Shown in pieces: positions 13,128-28,100 of a stretch of 64,000 nucleotides of DNA (positions are counted from its first letter, which is position 1; every line of letters starts with the position of its first letter). The notes beneath the pieces are model-generated. The model made no database searches and had not been told where the DNA came from. It saw nothing but the letters and a program-made list of their open reading frames with translations. The translations under genes were made by a program, and so were the position numbers. This stretch comes from Botryllus schlosseri (Eukaryota). The stretch is taken from assembly GCA_051294905.1 (NCBI GenBank), contig CM119385.1:12710001-12774000 (forward strand), read 5' to 3'.

Positions 13128-16100
13128 GTGATATTAGCACGTTAATTGTGAAACCGCCCATTCTGGTAGCGAAAATTAAGGATGTGAAAACAATTTTTTT
13201 TGACTTACCAATGTGGTTTGATGCCGAATATTTGGCTGCTTTATATTGCAAGTAGTCTTGTGGCGATAATCCATTCGATTTATCTCCTTGATCGATTATG
13301 TACTCATTGATTGTGTTGATCACACCATTTTCAGCATCAACAAAATATGTTTTATTAAGGTCCTTAAGTAGAATGACGTCAATGACCTCAAACAGCAAAC
13401 CAGTTGTGTCAATGCGTATCATTCACATCCATCATATTTTAGGCCTGTCGCAGGGAAGTGGTGATCGTGAAGGAAGTATGGGACTTGGTCCGGATAGTTA
13501 GCACCAGCATCAATGATTGGAAGACAACGCTATGGGCGGATATCAACGTTGATCAGATGGACATCGATTGCAAAAGATTTGCGAAGGTAATATCAGTAAT
13601 GTTGATCCATAAATTACTGATTTGAGGACTTTTGTATTGAACTGGTTCTCTTGCCTGTCTCTAACATTTCACCACGAATCTTGCTATGATTTTTTCAGCT
13701 GCCATAACTAGGCACGTTCTTTTTCACTGAACCTTTTTGCCATAGTTTTCTCTGAAATCTAGTAGACAGTAAATATGTGGACTGTGATGTATGTGGGTAA
13801 TGTCAACTCATTGGCTGATATTTTACGCCCAAATGAATCACTCTAGCCTTGGTGATACACTGATTTGTTAGTGCTCACTGTATTTTATTAGGGAATATGT
13901 TACTAGATTGCAGATGCCATTTTTTACAGGACATACGATCGCTTGATAAAGAATCGAGAGCTTGGAACGTATTTTCCGGACTGGATTCAGACGTCAAAAA
14001 CATGATTACATCGTTGCGCGCGGTCGGAGAATTGCAGAACCCGGCCATCCGTGACAGACATTGGCATGAGCTTATGCAAGCCGCCAAAGTAACTCGGGTT
14101 ATTATGTTTTTCGAAAAGAAACTTTGACATACGAATCTTAAATCAGGTCCGGTTTACTATGGATGAATCAACGACCCTTGCCGATCTCTTGCAACTGAAT
14201 CTGCACGAGTTTGAGGACGAGGTACGCGGCATCGTGGATAAAGCCGTCAAAGAAATGGGCATGGAGAAGGTAACATTGCAGTCTCCTACTCGTATTTTGT
14301 TCTCCAAAGCGTCACAGTATTCTTTTTCAATTTATTTCTGTACAGATTCTCAAGGAACTCGACAGCACTTGGTCTGTCATGGACTTCGAATATGATGAGC
14401 ATCACAGAACCCATTCTCCGTTGATTCGAACTAGTGAAGAGCTTGTGGAAACGTTGGAAGATAACCAGGTAGCTGTTGTTATAAATATTAGGACTGGAAA
14501 CTATGATTCGAGTATTCGGATACGAGACAAGTATTGAGAGGCAATATATTGTAAACAGGAATTATAGTTTCGTTACTTTTTTCCCATCGTTGAAGTCTCG
14601 TCCGGTCATGTCTAAGAATCCGAACATGTAGCCCAGAGCTACTCGCATGATTGCAAATGATATTTATGTCAAGTTGCAGTCAACCAGTAGCATTGTCAAA
14701 AAGTGCGTGAAGCAGGTATGGTGGAGCAAATACCAAATTATCTTTATGTGGTATAGTTCTGGCATTGTTTTCTTTGTGATGGCATGTCGGGTGTATATTT
14801 GAACCTTCCACATCATCCATAATCCTACTCTAACGATTTTGCCCAGCCATAATGAATATTAACTCCACTCCTTTCATAAATGGAACAATGACCTATGCAT
14901 GGTGATGTTTGAAATATGTTCAAAGCTGCAAATCATATTGATTGTTTTGGGGATATTTTTTATGTTGCAGTAGTTATTAGTCGCTGACAAGCCATACCAT
15001 GAAATCTTGAAGCTTTTAGGATTAAGATACAGCCGGGTTTCATTTGCTAAGAGTATCTCAAACTCGTGCCTCAGGTCCAGCTGCAGAACTTGATGACGTC
15101 AAAGTACATCGCTCATTTCCTGGAAGAGGTCTCGGGCTGGGTGAAGAAACTTTCCACCGCGGACTCGGTCCTCACGATATGGCTGGAAGTGCAGCGCACC
15201 TGGTCGCATCTGGAAAGTATTTTTATCGGGTCGGAAGACATTCGAGCGCAGTTGCCGGAGGATTCGAAACGATTCGATGAGATTGACTCTGATTTTAAAG
15301 GTGAACAGAGCATAGATATGATTCTTAAAAACTAGCTGCACAAAATTGACTACAGTCGGTTTTTACCGCAAGACATACTCAAACACAGATTTACAAATAT
15401 CTGAGAAAATATTGGGTTTATGCAGTGAAAACTTATGTAACTAAAGTGAATTTATCAAGTCTCAAAGATGTTGCTATACAATGGTCAGTAACGGAGTACT
15501 GCTACCATTCCAGAGTACTCGAGCAGGTTTTGCTTAGTGGTTATTTTACACTACTTCTACTTGGCAGTTGGAGTTTTTTAGGCAAAACATGACCTAGAAT
15601 CAGGGTTGTAACGACACGAGTCGCGATGTTTCGTTGACTCGACTTGACTTTAGTCACATTCTTAAAAATTGAAAATTACTCGACTCGACCTGAGTCAATT
15701 TGTGTATTGATTCGACTTGTACTCGAGTCATTGCGCATGATCGACGCATCCTACACGACATATTCAAGTTTCGTGTATCAGGACCTACAATTGCAAAATA
15801 GGCTCAGAAACTGTCTTTTATCTGTTTGAATAAACATGCTTAGAGTGAGAAAAATGATTATATTATGGTTCTGAGACCTTCGATGTCAACTCGGAGTTTT
15901 ACAGAAGTCAGTTGAACATGACTTGAACTCGATACTCAACAGTAAACAGTGTGACTTGGACTCGACCCGATGCTCACTGGCTTGGACTCAGTGGTGAATT
16001 GAAAATGACTCCCATATGTTTATAGCCACCGTAAGAAAGAAAATGTTTCTGCAATATACTCAATTATATCGCAATAATTGATTACAATTACAATAAAATA

Positions 16101-19100
16101 TCCTATCGTACCGATAAACACAACAATTCTCTTCCAATTCTTGCAATTCTTCTTATATCAGAAGATATGTAGGAGCACGATGATGTCTAATAACAATAAC
16201 CGTGTTACATCATCATACCCTATTTCTATTCTCGCTGATTTTTCGACCCAATCCTCTCTCTCTCTGTCAGAAATCATGGCCGAAGCCGTGAAGACTCCCA
16301 ACGTTGTGGAGGCCACCAACAAACCTGGCCTTTCTGAACGTTTCGAAAATCTCCAATCCAAACTGACCAAATGCGAGAAGGCGCTCGCCGAGTATCTGGA
16401 AACCAAGCGGCTGGCATTCCCGCGATTCTATTTCGTGTCGTCTTCCGATCTGCTGGACATTCTGTCCAACGGCAACAACCCGGTGGAAGTCGCGAAGCAT
16501 CTGTCGAAGCTGTTTGACAACATGGCAAAGCTGAAATTCCAACTCGATGACGATGGCGAACCGACCAAAAACGCAGAGGGCATGTACAGCAAAGAAGGCG
16601 AATATGTACCGTTCGGGAATGTGTGCTCTTGCGTTGGGCAGGTGCGTGTCTCTTGTGATGTTCACAGCCCTGAGTGCCCGCAAGGTTACTAGCGAATTCA
16701 GGGGTCTAGTCCGTCTGTAACAAGAAGTGTTGTACACGATCATCACCGATGCGGGCTCCCCGTGAACATATCAAAATTAATGATGCTTCACGGGATCATC
16801 AACTCTAAACTGATGTCGACAGAGATCCCTGTTTATAATTGGTTTAGGGTTGGGGTATCATATGAGTGTCATAACCCTAGCCTCTAATCTTAATCGTACG
16901 TTATCCTAATCCTAAATGGATATAGACATTCATATATAGGGTTTCGCTGAGAACTCGGTTAATGATCCCATAAAGTACCAAACATTTCAGCTGTTCAATC
17001 AAAATACTGATGGGTGATCGTCTTGCGGAACACTTCTCATGGGGAGCACGTTGAATTCAGCACTTAGCGGCCCTCAATCCTAACCTTCAACCCAAATACT
17101 TTAAATGCATACACACCGATGGCTGAATTCATCAAGTGCCGTATATCGCAGTTCATGCCCAGCTCATATTCGAGGCAACATTCGTTTCCTACTTATTAAT
17201 ACGCATTGATGCGTCGCTTTCATAATAATAATTGCTTTTACATTTGTAATGCCGAATTCACCAGTAACCGTCTGTGAACATGGGGATTTGTAGGTGGAAA
17301 TCTGGCTGAATAGAGTCATGGATTCGATGCGTTCCACCGTGCAAAGTGAGATGTCTGAATCCGTCGTGACATACGAAGAGAAGGCAAGAGATCAGTGGCT
17401 GTTTGATTATCCTGCGCAAGTCGCCCTGGCTGTGACGCAGATTTGGTGGACCACTGAGGTTAGTTTATGATTTATTTGTATTATTGGCTAATCTTTGTAG
17501 GTTTTGGAGACACGTCAATGGGTTTCTCACTATGGATGGTTTGTAAATTTCTCGTTAAATTACTAAGTGACCAAATTCTCCTAAAATTGATTCTCCTGAT
17601 ATCGACCCACCTTGCTTGATCTGTTAATCATAAGATGTGTTCACTGGTCAGTAACGAAACAATTCTGCTTTGGCGACCCAATACCTCAAATTTTCATCTG
17701 CCTTATAGTATGTGACTTGCAGCTTTCGCACGAATTTGTTGTGCTATGTGGTCGAGCGTTTCTTGCAGGCATATGATAGTTCACAATCGTCATCTTTGAA
17801 TGTTCAATTTGTAATTTAGGTTGGCATCGCTTTCGCGCGACTGGAGGAAGGCTACGAGAACGCGATGAAGGATTATTCCAAGAAGCAAATCCAGCAGCTG
17901 AACACTTTGATCAATCAGCTGATCGGTAATCTTACTCCCGGCGAACGGCAGAAGATCATGACCATCTGTACGATCGACGTGCACGCGAGGGACGTCGTGA
18001 CAAAGCTGATTATGCAAAAGGTACTTCGATCTTAGTGCAGGCTGCGTACTCACCCAACTTAGGTGGGCAGTATTCCAGTAGTCCTTCACCTAATTTCACT
18101 GCTTAATTGTTGAATCAGAAACTTACCCTTGAAACTTTGGTAGAAATGTAAAGTAGAAAAGTGTTTTTGGATAAGTTTGCGTAGGTTCTAAGTGAAATTA
18201 CGAGGACAACCCGGTGAAATGGCCCATATTTCATGATAGCAGGATATTTTGGAATAGGTTGACATTGTGTTACGGTCAACGTGCCGCAATATCTTGACTG
18301 ATTTTGCAGCAACTGTTGGTGCGATGCAGCTCTTGCTTGGGTTTTGCTTTTTGAAATGCCGAAAATGTCAAATAGACACGAAAACAAAGCTTGTATTTAC
18401 ATGCGAGTGATTCAAAGAGAGTTTCACACACACACAAATGGCAAACTGTTTAGTGTTTAGTGTCTTGTGCAGTCAATTCATGAGCTGTGGCAGGCGTTTT
18501 AGAGTAGACAACAAATTTTAATTATTTGTACCATAATACGTAATGTAACTACAGGCATTCTTCATAGGTCCAGATTTAGTTGAAGGAAAGTTTTCGTCAA
18601 ATTCGTCATTTATTAGGTAAAAGGCCAAGCTACTTCATAACGACAATCAGAAATAAAAAAAAGTAGTACAATTCTAACATCATGTGCGAAAGCGCCTAAT
18701 TTATATACATGAGGGCAAAGTTTTGTCAAAATTATGTTTTTTAACGTCAAAAATGTCAAAATTTTCATTTTTGTTGTTGCAAAATCATTCGTTTTTCAGG
18801 TAAAAAAATCGCCCCAGTCATCAGTCATTTCGCACTGTCACAAAATTGCATCATGAAAAGTAGCTCCCGCAGATTTACTGCTAATAGTATGTGGGCCCTC
18901 AACCAAACTAACTACTTTTTAAAACTACTTAGTTGGGTACCATTCTGACCTTTCATTTTATACTTCTACTGGAAGTAGTTTTGGAATGTCTCAGAAATTG
19001 CAACTTCTAGTTATATTTTAGTTTATAGCAATACTTCTACTCCTACTTTAGTAGCACTGCTGACAACTTGACCGCTTCCTAGAAGTCGAGTCAGTGTGTG

Positions 19101-22100
19101 ACTGCATGCGTTACATTTTGTTTCACTTCAGATTGAAAGCGCCGGGGAGTTCATATGGCAGTCCCAATTGAGACATCGATGGTGCGATAAGACGGGGCAT
19201 TGCTACGCAAACATTTGCGACGCGCAGTTCAAGTATTCGTACGAGTACTTGGGGAATACTCCGCGACTCGTCATCACTCCTTTGACGGACAGGTCAGACT
19301 CAAGGGGTCTTATTGCCACTGTCTTTGTCTCGAATCAAAGATCAATATGTTCGTTGCTGTATATATTTGTAAGACATAGGTGAACTAACATTTGAATTGC
19401 CGTTACATATTTATAATGATATCCCGTGTTTTATTGGCATTTCGCCGACAGCATTAGGACTTTTTGACTCTCCCTGATTATGGGTGCTATTTTCAGTGGT
19501 CAGTTTGAATGGGGGGATAATTTGATGAATGTGTTGCAATACATTATGCATTAGCTTAACAAAAGTATTGCAGCAAACAATACGTGCATGTTGCCAAATG
19601 TATTCCGCTCGCAGAGAAGAAGAGAGCCAGTCGAAAAGCTTCGAGTGGAATAAATTTGGCAACATGAATGTATTTATTGTTGCAATATTGAAGTTATGTA
19701 CTTCCAAAAGCCTACTTAACAAAAGTGGAATGCACATTGCGATATTATGGATCATGCTAATTGCTGTATGGCCTGTTTGAAGGCCCAACAGGTAACTGCG
19801 TTGTATGTGGTGTATTTACTTAATACCAATGTTTTGTTACGACATTTATGACTGACTGTTTGTCCACAATATCACATGTTTCATTATTATATCCATTCAA
19901 TTCTTAATTCCAAGTATAATGTTGCTAAAATGAAGTTACCTTCGATAAGGACCGGGCCAAAACTGTTTATTATGTTATCGGAAGTTTGAAGCATTTGATA
20001 TCAATAAATGTGTCATTTATGGTAATGTAAACACTCTTTTCCTGTGCCTGTGTGTCTTTTGTTATGGCACTTGATGAAGAGAAATTATTTTCCAGTCACA
20101 AGACTAACTGTTAAGTGTAACCTTCTTCCATAGATGCTACATCACTCTCACACAATCGCTCCATCTAATTATGGGAGGAGCCCCTGCCGGGCCTGCTGGC
20201 ACAGGAAAAACAGAGACCACAAAGGATTTGGGGCGGGCTCTGGGAATCATGGTGTACGTCTTCAATTGTTCGGAACAAATGGACTACAAGTCGGTCGGAA
20301 ACATCTACAAGGGACTATCACAAACTGGCGCTTGGGGCTGTTTTGACGAGTTTAACAGGATTTCTGTGGAGGTGTTGTCTGTCGTTGCAGTACAGGTAGG
20401 TCTTACGTGATATTTTCTACTCACAATATGCAAAGAACCAGCGCTGTCCACTACAATCATCAATGTCCCTTTTGCTGGCTGGCTGGTAACGAATGTTGAT
20501 GAGACTACTTTTACAACTTCAACCCCATCAAGGCAGTTTCACATGCTGCTTTCCAAGCATAGCGTGAACCCGACATTCATGGCGCTAGCAATGCTACGTG
20601 TGAACCAGCCTTTATAGTTAAGATACATGATATCTATGATATGCCCATGAGAGCAATTTAACATATCAACCATACCAATTTGAAAATATATTGCTTTGGT
20701 ATTCACTACTGCAACTTATGTTCAGTTATGAAATGCAAATCGGCCGCAAATATTCCTTCTACCAGCCATTCTACCTTCACAGGTGAAGTCGATACAAGAC
20801 GCCATTCGAGATAAGAAAAAGCGATTCATCTTTCAAGGTGAAGATATCTCACTCACCCCAACTGTTGGCATCTTCATCACCATGAATCCAGGCTACGCGG
20901 GACGTACCGAGTTACCTGAAAATCTAAAGGTAAAAACCATGTAGTTTTCATCGAGTAGTAAATGTGTGGTTGAAGTAGTCAGCGTTGCTGCTAAAATGCA
21001 AGCAGAAGTAATGCAATAAAGATCTGCTATTTCTTGGACATGTGTTTTATAGTTTTATAAGTGTATTTTATCGGGCCGTGGTATACTTTTAGTATTATTT
21101 CGGACTGTCGGGGAATGACTGACCAAGGAGCAATTTTCAAATGTACACAAAGTCACCACGATAATGTCGCTAATTCTACCAGTCATTCTGGCAATTACAC
21201 TTGTGAAAGCAATGCAGACCAATCCCAAGTGTAATATGTCAGTTGTTTTACTTGAAAAACTTTCGAGCAGAAGTCGTAGTGATCTGGTAACATAACCACT
21301 CGAGTAAGCAACGAAAGTAGACAAAACATACTAGAGTACATACTCTGTTCGAAGCAGGGTTGTAATGACTCGAGTCATGACTCGACTTGTATCATGGTTT
21401 TTTGGTGACTCAATTTTTCTCGAGTGATTTTTTCAAATGCGTAAAATGACTTGACTTGTACTCGAGTCATTGTGCATGTGATGTTTGGACAGATTTTACG
21501 TTCAAAGTACTTCGTTAAACTACCACAGTTTTTGGTTTAAGTAGATGGCAACCCTGGTTATAAAAATATATATATTGTTGCAATGTATCTAGTGATAAAA
21601 ACGTACTTTAGCACTTCAAAACAGTAGAAATACTCCATCATTAACCACTTCCGGCTGTGAAGTAATGCAAATTTTTCACATTACACAGGCGCTCTTCCGA
21701 CCTTGCGCCATGGTGGTGCCCGACTTTGAATTGATTTGCGAAATCATGCTGGTGGCCGAAGGCTTTCTCGACGCCCGGCTTCTGGCACGTAAATTCATCA
21801 CTCTGTACACACTGTGCAAGGAACTGCTGTCGAAACAGGACCACTACGATTGGGGGCTGCGGGCCATCAAGTCCGTGCTCGTGGTGGCGGGCTCTCTCAA
21901 AAGAGGCGACCAAGGAAGGCCGGAAGATCAGGTGTTACTGACTGTGTTATGTTGCTCAAACTTTTTCGCTAAACCTTTATTGTTTGTTAGGTTCTGATGC
22001 GTGCGCTTCGGGATTTCAACGTGCCGAAAATTGTGACCGACGACATGCCAGTTTTCATGGGTCTGATCGGGGACTTGTTCCCGTCTTTGGATGTACCCAG

Positions 22101-25100
22101 GAAACGCGATATGGAGCTGGAGAAGATGTGCAAGCAGTCTGTGCAGGTCGGTACTCGGTCAGGGTGGGGTATAGGGGGTACGTCAAGCGATACCTAACAT
22201 GGTCTACAGATTTTCTGCATGATTGCATTTGTCTGTGAGGAATTGGTAAACTTTTGCAATTAAAGTGAAGGTTTAGGATTGTATTGGTCAAGATCACTGA
22301 TAAAACTCAATTAAGAAATTTAATCTCATTAATCGAAACAGGTGTGTTATACTGTTACAGTGTTACTGTCTTGCTGGAAACTATTTAGTGACCTTATAAG
22401 AGTAAAAGCTGCAATAAATTTTTGTACGGTGAACATTTGTGTTTTTTAAGACTCGTGCGCAAATATTCAATTTGTAACTCGTAATACGTAAACCACAGTA
22501 TTACACTTGGTCTCTCAATCAGTTTTGTCTTGCCATGATTTATAGTTACTTTGTTTTTATTTGGTTGATACGGAAGAGTGGCAGTGCAATATTTCAACTA
22601 CTTGTTTCCGAAGGATTTGAAATTGCAAGCGGAGGACAACTTCGTTCTCAAGCTGGTTCAGTTGGAGGAGCTGCTGTTTGTGCGTCATTCAGTTTTCATC
22701 ATCGGAAACGCTGGAACCGGTAAAACCCAGGTATTCCTGACCTAACTTATGATACATATATCAAAAATGACAATATAAGTTATAATCCATGTGTACATGT
22801 AGTCATGTGTCTCTGTGTTGTGTTAAATTAGTTTTACACGCTTGGGTTTAGGTTCTGAAGTCTCTGAACAAATGCTACCAAAACATGAAGCGTAGACCGG
22901 TGTGGGTGGATCTCAATCCAAAGGCCGTAACCAATGACGAGCTGTTTGGAATTATCAATCCAGCAACTCGGGAATGGAAAGACGGCCTTTTCTCAACGAT
23001 AATGAGAGATCTGTCGAACATCGCACACGACGGACCTAAATGGATTGTGCTCGACGGAGATATCGATCCTATGTGGATTGAGTCTCTCAACACTGTGATG
23101 GACGACAACAAGGTATACATTATTTTTCCGTCACATAGTACGACCATCTGGTAAATTTTTGTACAGGTGCTGACACTGGCGAGTAATGAACGTATCCCGT
23201 TAACGCCGTCCATGAGACTCGTATTCGAAATCAGTCATCTGCGCACGGCCACACCGGCTACCGTATCGCGCGCCGGCATTCTGTATCTGAATCCTGCGGA
23301 TCTGGGCTGGAATCCTGTCGTAAGTTTTATTTATAAGCTCACGTTTCTCGCGATATATTCGAGATGTCTGTAGTCTGTTCTGTGTAGTAATATTTTCATC
23401 ATTTCAAAACATCATAAGATTGCATTAGAATGAGAAGGTGGAAAAGAGTCATCTTGGAGAAGTCTTTCAATCAAACACACCTTAGCCTATATCATGTAAA
23501 TAATGTTCACTGAATTCAAAGTAACATAAGCATAAAAAAGTAACATAAAAAGGACAATCAATGAAAGTAAAGTGGCATGTGTCAGTAGGCAAAATAAATA
23601 TGTCAGGTAGTGGTCCTGTTATCTCGAGTCACGATTTTTTAGGGTGACTCGACTTGACTCGGGTTATTTTTTCAAGTGCCTAAAATAACTCGACTCGAGT
23701 CATATGACTCTAGACTAGGACGGCCAGGACGTTTCATAACTTCGAAGAATAGTAAAGTTACCGCATTATTGGTATTTCATCTACCTGACACTTGGAAAAT
23801 AGGGCCAGAAACTGTTAGGGCTGAGGATAATTTCGGTATTATGAATGCGAGCTATTCTATATCACTCGAGCATAGTTGAAAAAAGTGGGTTGAACCGGAT
23901 GGAACTAAAAACAGTGAACAGTGAACATAGTGACTTGGACACGGATTCGAGTCAACACACTGTGACTTGGACTCGACCCTCTACTAGCTGACTTGGTGGT
24001 GAATTGAAAATGACTCGACTTCACTCGAGTCAAAACTCTAAAAGTGAGATTGACTTGTGATTAGGAAACTTATGACTTGGTTACAACCCTGTGTGAGATA
24101 CATTCAGTTCGAATTTCCAGAATAATGTATTTGTGAACCCAGTTTGTAAATCTGTATGTGAAGTATGGAATGATGTTCGTATCAGCAGCTTCATTAAGCT
24201 TACTCTAATGCATCAGTGAGGTTGTAGTATCATAATAACCATCATAGACAAAAATACAAACGTTACCCTTCCCCCCGTAATTAGGTAACATCGTGGATTG
24301 ATAAACGTGAAGTGCAGTCGGAAAAGGCGAATCTCACCATTCTCTTCGATAAATACATCCCGGCTTGTCTCGAAACCATCAGGATGCGTTTTAAAACGAT
24401 CACACCGATACCGGAATGCGCCAAAATGATGGTAATTTCGTCAACTCCGAAATCTTCCTATTTATGTAGCATTTGTTCGCTTTTTAGATGTTATGTTACC
24501 TTCTTGAAGTACTCCTTACCCCGGAAAACACGCCTCCGGACTGTCCGAAAGAACTGTACGAGCTGTACTTTGTGTTCGCGTGTATCTGGGCGTTTGGCGG
24601 TGCGCTATTTCAAGATCAGCTGATTGATTACAGGTTTGTTAACGGCGATAATAAGCGCGCTGTGAAAGCGTACTTGAAATTGATCGTTCGCGCCAGGGTG
24701 GAGTTCAGCAAATGGTGGTGCAGCGAGTTCAAGACCGTGAAGTTTCCCAGTACGGGTACTGTTTTCGACTACTGTATCGATTCGGAAACCAAGAAGTTTG
24801 TTCCGTGGTCGGACAGCGTGCCCGGCTTTGAATTTGATCCCGATATGCCATTGCAGGTGCGTACTATCCTCGGTGTTGTGGCATTGTCTTCATTTCAATT
24901 TTTGTTCCAACTTAACTCATCAACTATCTGTTTGCTTCATTTTGTCAACCAGATATTACTTTTTTTGGGAATTCGAATTATTTCATTAGCGGAATTTTCA
25001 AAAACGCTGGATCCGAAACTGTTAACCTTCCGTGTTAGTGAGATGTATTTTGTGATGTATGAGAATATTTACAGGCCATCATATCTCTCTCTATCTCTAT

Positions 25101-28100
25101 CATTCACTGTTGCTCCGGCTTAGTGACTTTGAAGAGCTTTTTGGCGGTACAGAACTTCAATATACAATTGAGTAGTATATTCATATTGAAATGAACCCGA
25201 ATATTTTCGGCTGACACTCGTCAGGGGTAATCGTCAGCAACTAATAGAGAATGGAAAAGAACATCGTATATCAACAATCGTATCACAAAATTTGACGTCA
25301 CCGGCATGAAATTTCAAATACGAAAGAGTTCGATGTACTATTTTTAGCTTGTACACGAACTCTTTTTATTGACACAGGATTTGCTGGTGTATTTTGATAA
25401 AAGTCGACTCCAAGGCACACAAATGAAAGTGTGAAGGGCCCCTCCCAAGTCCCAATGACACGAAATCTGTCGTCTCGATAATTTTTCGCACAAGCGGGAT
25501 TATTTAACGGATGTTTGCGAATGGCAGAATTTATGGCTTTTGATTGCTCAGCATCAAGCTTGAGCGGATGAGTCAAGGGTGAGCTTTACACCGAGCGTGA
25601 TGCGTGTGTCCTGATAAATCTAGGGACATGTCTTTACGTGTTACAGGGAGCAGTTGCATTGTCATAAAAATCACGTTGGTCCTCACTGTGTTGTAACACA
25701 TACTGACCGCTGAGATCAATTGCTTTTCAAAGCTGGTGACGTCAGATTTTGTGAAATGATTGTTGATATACGATGTTCTTGTCCATTCTCTACTGGTTGC
25801 TGACGACTACCCCTGACGAGTGTCAGACGAAAATATTCGGGTTCATTTCAATACGAATATACTATTCAATTTTACTGACTTTTGTAAATAAAAGCATTTT
25901 TAATTGTGCCAACTGCCAAGCTGTTTACGTATAAATTTTACTTTTCATTTTTGTACTGTTAAGCTTCCGTGTTAGTGAAATGTATTTTGTAATTTTGAAG
26001 ATTTCCATTTACAATCATTTATCATTGCTACGTCAAGTAGTCTAGCTCGTAAAGACCTGTGCTCATTCCGCCTGCGTCACTTTGAAAACAAATATGTTGC
26101 CGTTACGCAGGCTTGCATGGTCCCCACCACCGAGACACGTCGTATACGATACTTCATGGACCTGTTGATGGAAAAACGAAGGCCGGTCATGCTCGTAGGC
26201 AATGCCGGCGCAGGAAAAACAGTGTTGGTCCAAGCGAAATTAGCGGATCTCTCGGAAGACTACATGGTGGCCAACGTACCGTTTAATTTCTACACGACGT
26301 CAATGATGCTGCAAAGCATTTTGGAGAAGCCTCTTGAGAAAAAGGCAGGCAGAAATTTTGGACCGCCCGGTTCGAAGAGGTGAAATTTAATTCTTGCCAG
26401 TGTCGCCATAGATATGATGCAGATTCTCTCGCTCAAAATGTCATCAATATTGTCAATTGTTCATTTGTTGCTTTGTCATGTTGGTCCGTCAAGTGCATGG
26501 TATTGGTTTTTTGACTAACGCAGACTATCCAAATAAGTCCTATTCATTTGATTAACAAATATTTGAGTAAGCAACAGCACTGGACTCCTTATCTAGTCTG
26601 GTGCCCACTAAGGTTGAAATATTATCACAGATGTCCGACATTTTTAGACTCATCTATTTCATTGACGATTTGAACATGCCGGAAGTCGATTTCTATGGAA
26701 CTGTCCAGCCTCACACCTTGATCAGGTAATGCCTGCGTTTTGTAACTATGTGTGTCTGTGTTTTTTGGTAGTGTGTTATGAATTAATGATAAAGACTTTG
26801 CAATATGGTGTATTGACCGGTTGCAGGCAGCATATGGATCATAGCCATTGGTACGATCGGCATAAGTTGATATTGAAGGAAATCAACAACGTGCAATACG
26901 TATCTTGCATGAATCCTACGGCCGGCTCGTTCACTATCAATCCGAGACTGCAGAGACACTTTTCTGTGTTTGCCGTGAGCTTCCCGGGAAACGTGAGTGG
27001 CGTAGCTAGCAGACACGATGCCATTGTACAAATGTACATTTAAAAGTGATGTTTTATACATCGATCTGTCTGATTGGATATTTGAATCCTACATATTTAT
27101 GTTATCGTCAGATATAGATCGAATGTTTACAATATCAAACGGTGAAAAATGGATATTTTTTTTCAGGATGCCTTGAACACTATCTATTCCACCATATTAG
27201 CGCAGCACTTGCAGTACGGCAGTTTCCCGGTCAGCACACAGAAAGCCGCGGCTACGTTGACGCACGCCGCCATCGCTCTGCACTCCAGAGTCAGCAGCGC
27301 CTATCTGCCCACCGCCATCAAGTTCCATTACATATTCAACCTGCGAGACTTATCCAACATATTCCAGGTATGCGTCATGAATCTGTTTTGTACATAGTAG
27401 AAAATGAAGTGATTGGCTTAAAAGTGGAGGTGTTAAAGGTTTGAGGTAGAAGTGATCTAAAACTTAAGTAGCCGAAGTTAACAAAACCTCTCCAGTACTT
27501 TGCTACATAAAGTTACCACCTCCGGTTGTAGGTTAGGATCTTTGACTAAATTATACTTCGGTATTACTGAACGATATATACCAGTCTGTCTCAAGCCATT
27601 CAATATTGAGCATAGGTTGAAGAATTACAATGGATTCACTAAAATGCATTGCCTTGCTGTTCCAAGGGTATACTGTTCTCAACGCCGGACTGCGTGAAAG
27701 CTCCGATGGATTTGTTGAAATTGTGGCTGCACGAAGCTTCGCGAGTGTATGGTGATAAGCTAGTTGACAGCAAGGTAAATATGCGATATTAAACCCGAAA
27801 TATGTTGCAGATTGCCCACATTGTTAACCTAACATGAAATGCTAGCTTGGTAATCTATTGTTTTTGATTTTTGATTGATTGCGATTCTATATGTTGGAAT
27901 TATTTTATTGGTGTCCATTAGGGTTGTTCAAAAAAAACTTTTTTTTCCAAATCTCACTCGCCTGATGACTAAATCGTCAGGTTGTCCAAGAAAACGATGC
28001 ACACCAAATTTGACTCAATTCCAACCAGTAACGACCGTGCAATCTTGAATTGAAATTTTTAAATTATTATTAAAAATAAAAAAATAAAAATTCTCAAATT

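Noticed and set aside
16267-16746. 159-aa minus-strand ORF (and similar ones at 8968-9366, 11672-12031, 29079-29384, 50750-51010)
   Set aside because: Antisense shadows of GC3-rich dynein exons; no motifs and no splice support of their own.
16840-17095. Telomere-like TTAGGG/CCTAA words
   Set aside because: Only isolated imperfect units; possibly a Helitron-type relic, but I could not define its ends.
24488-25123. 211-aa ORF (also 51433-52155 and 16078-16692) as stand-alone genes
   Set aside because: Dynein exons read through into flanking intron sequence.
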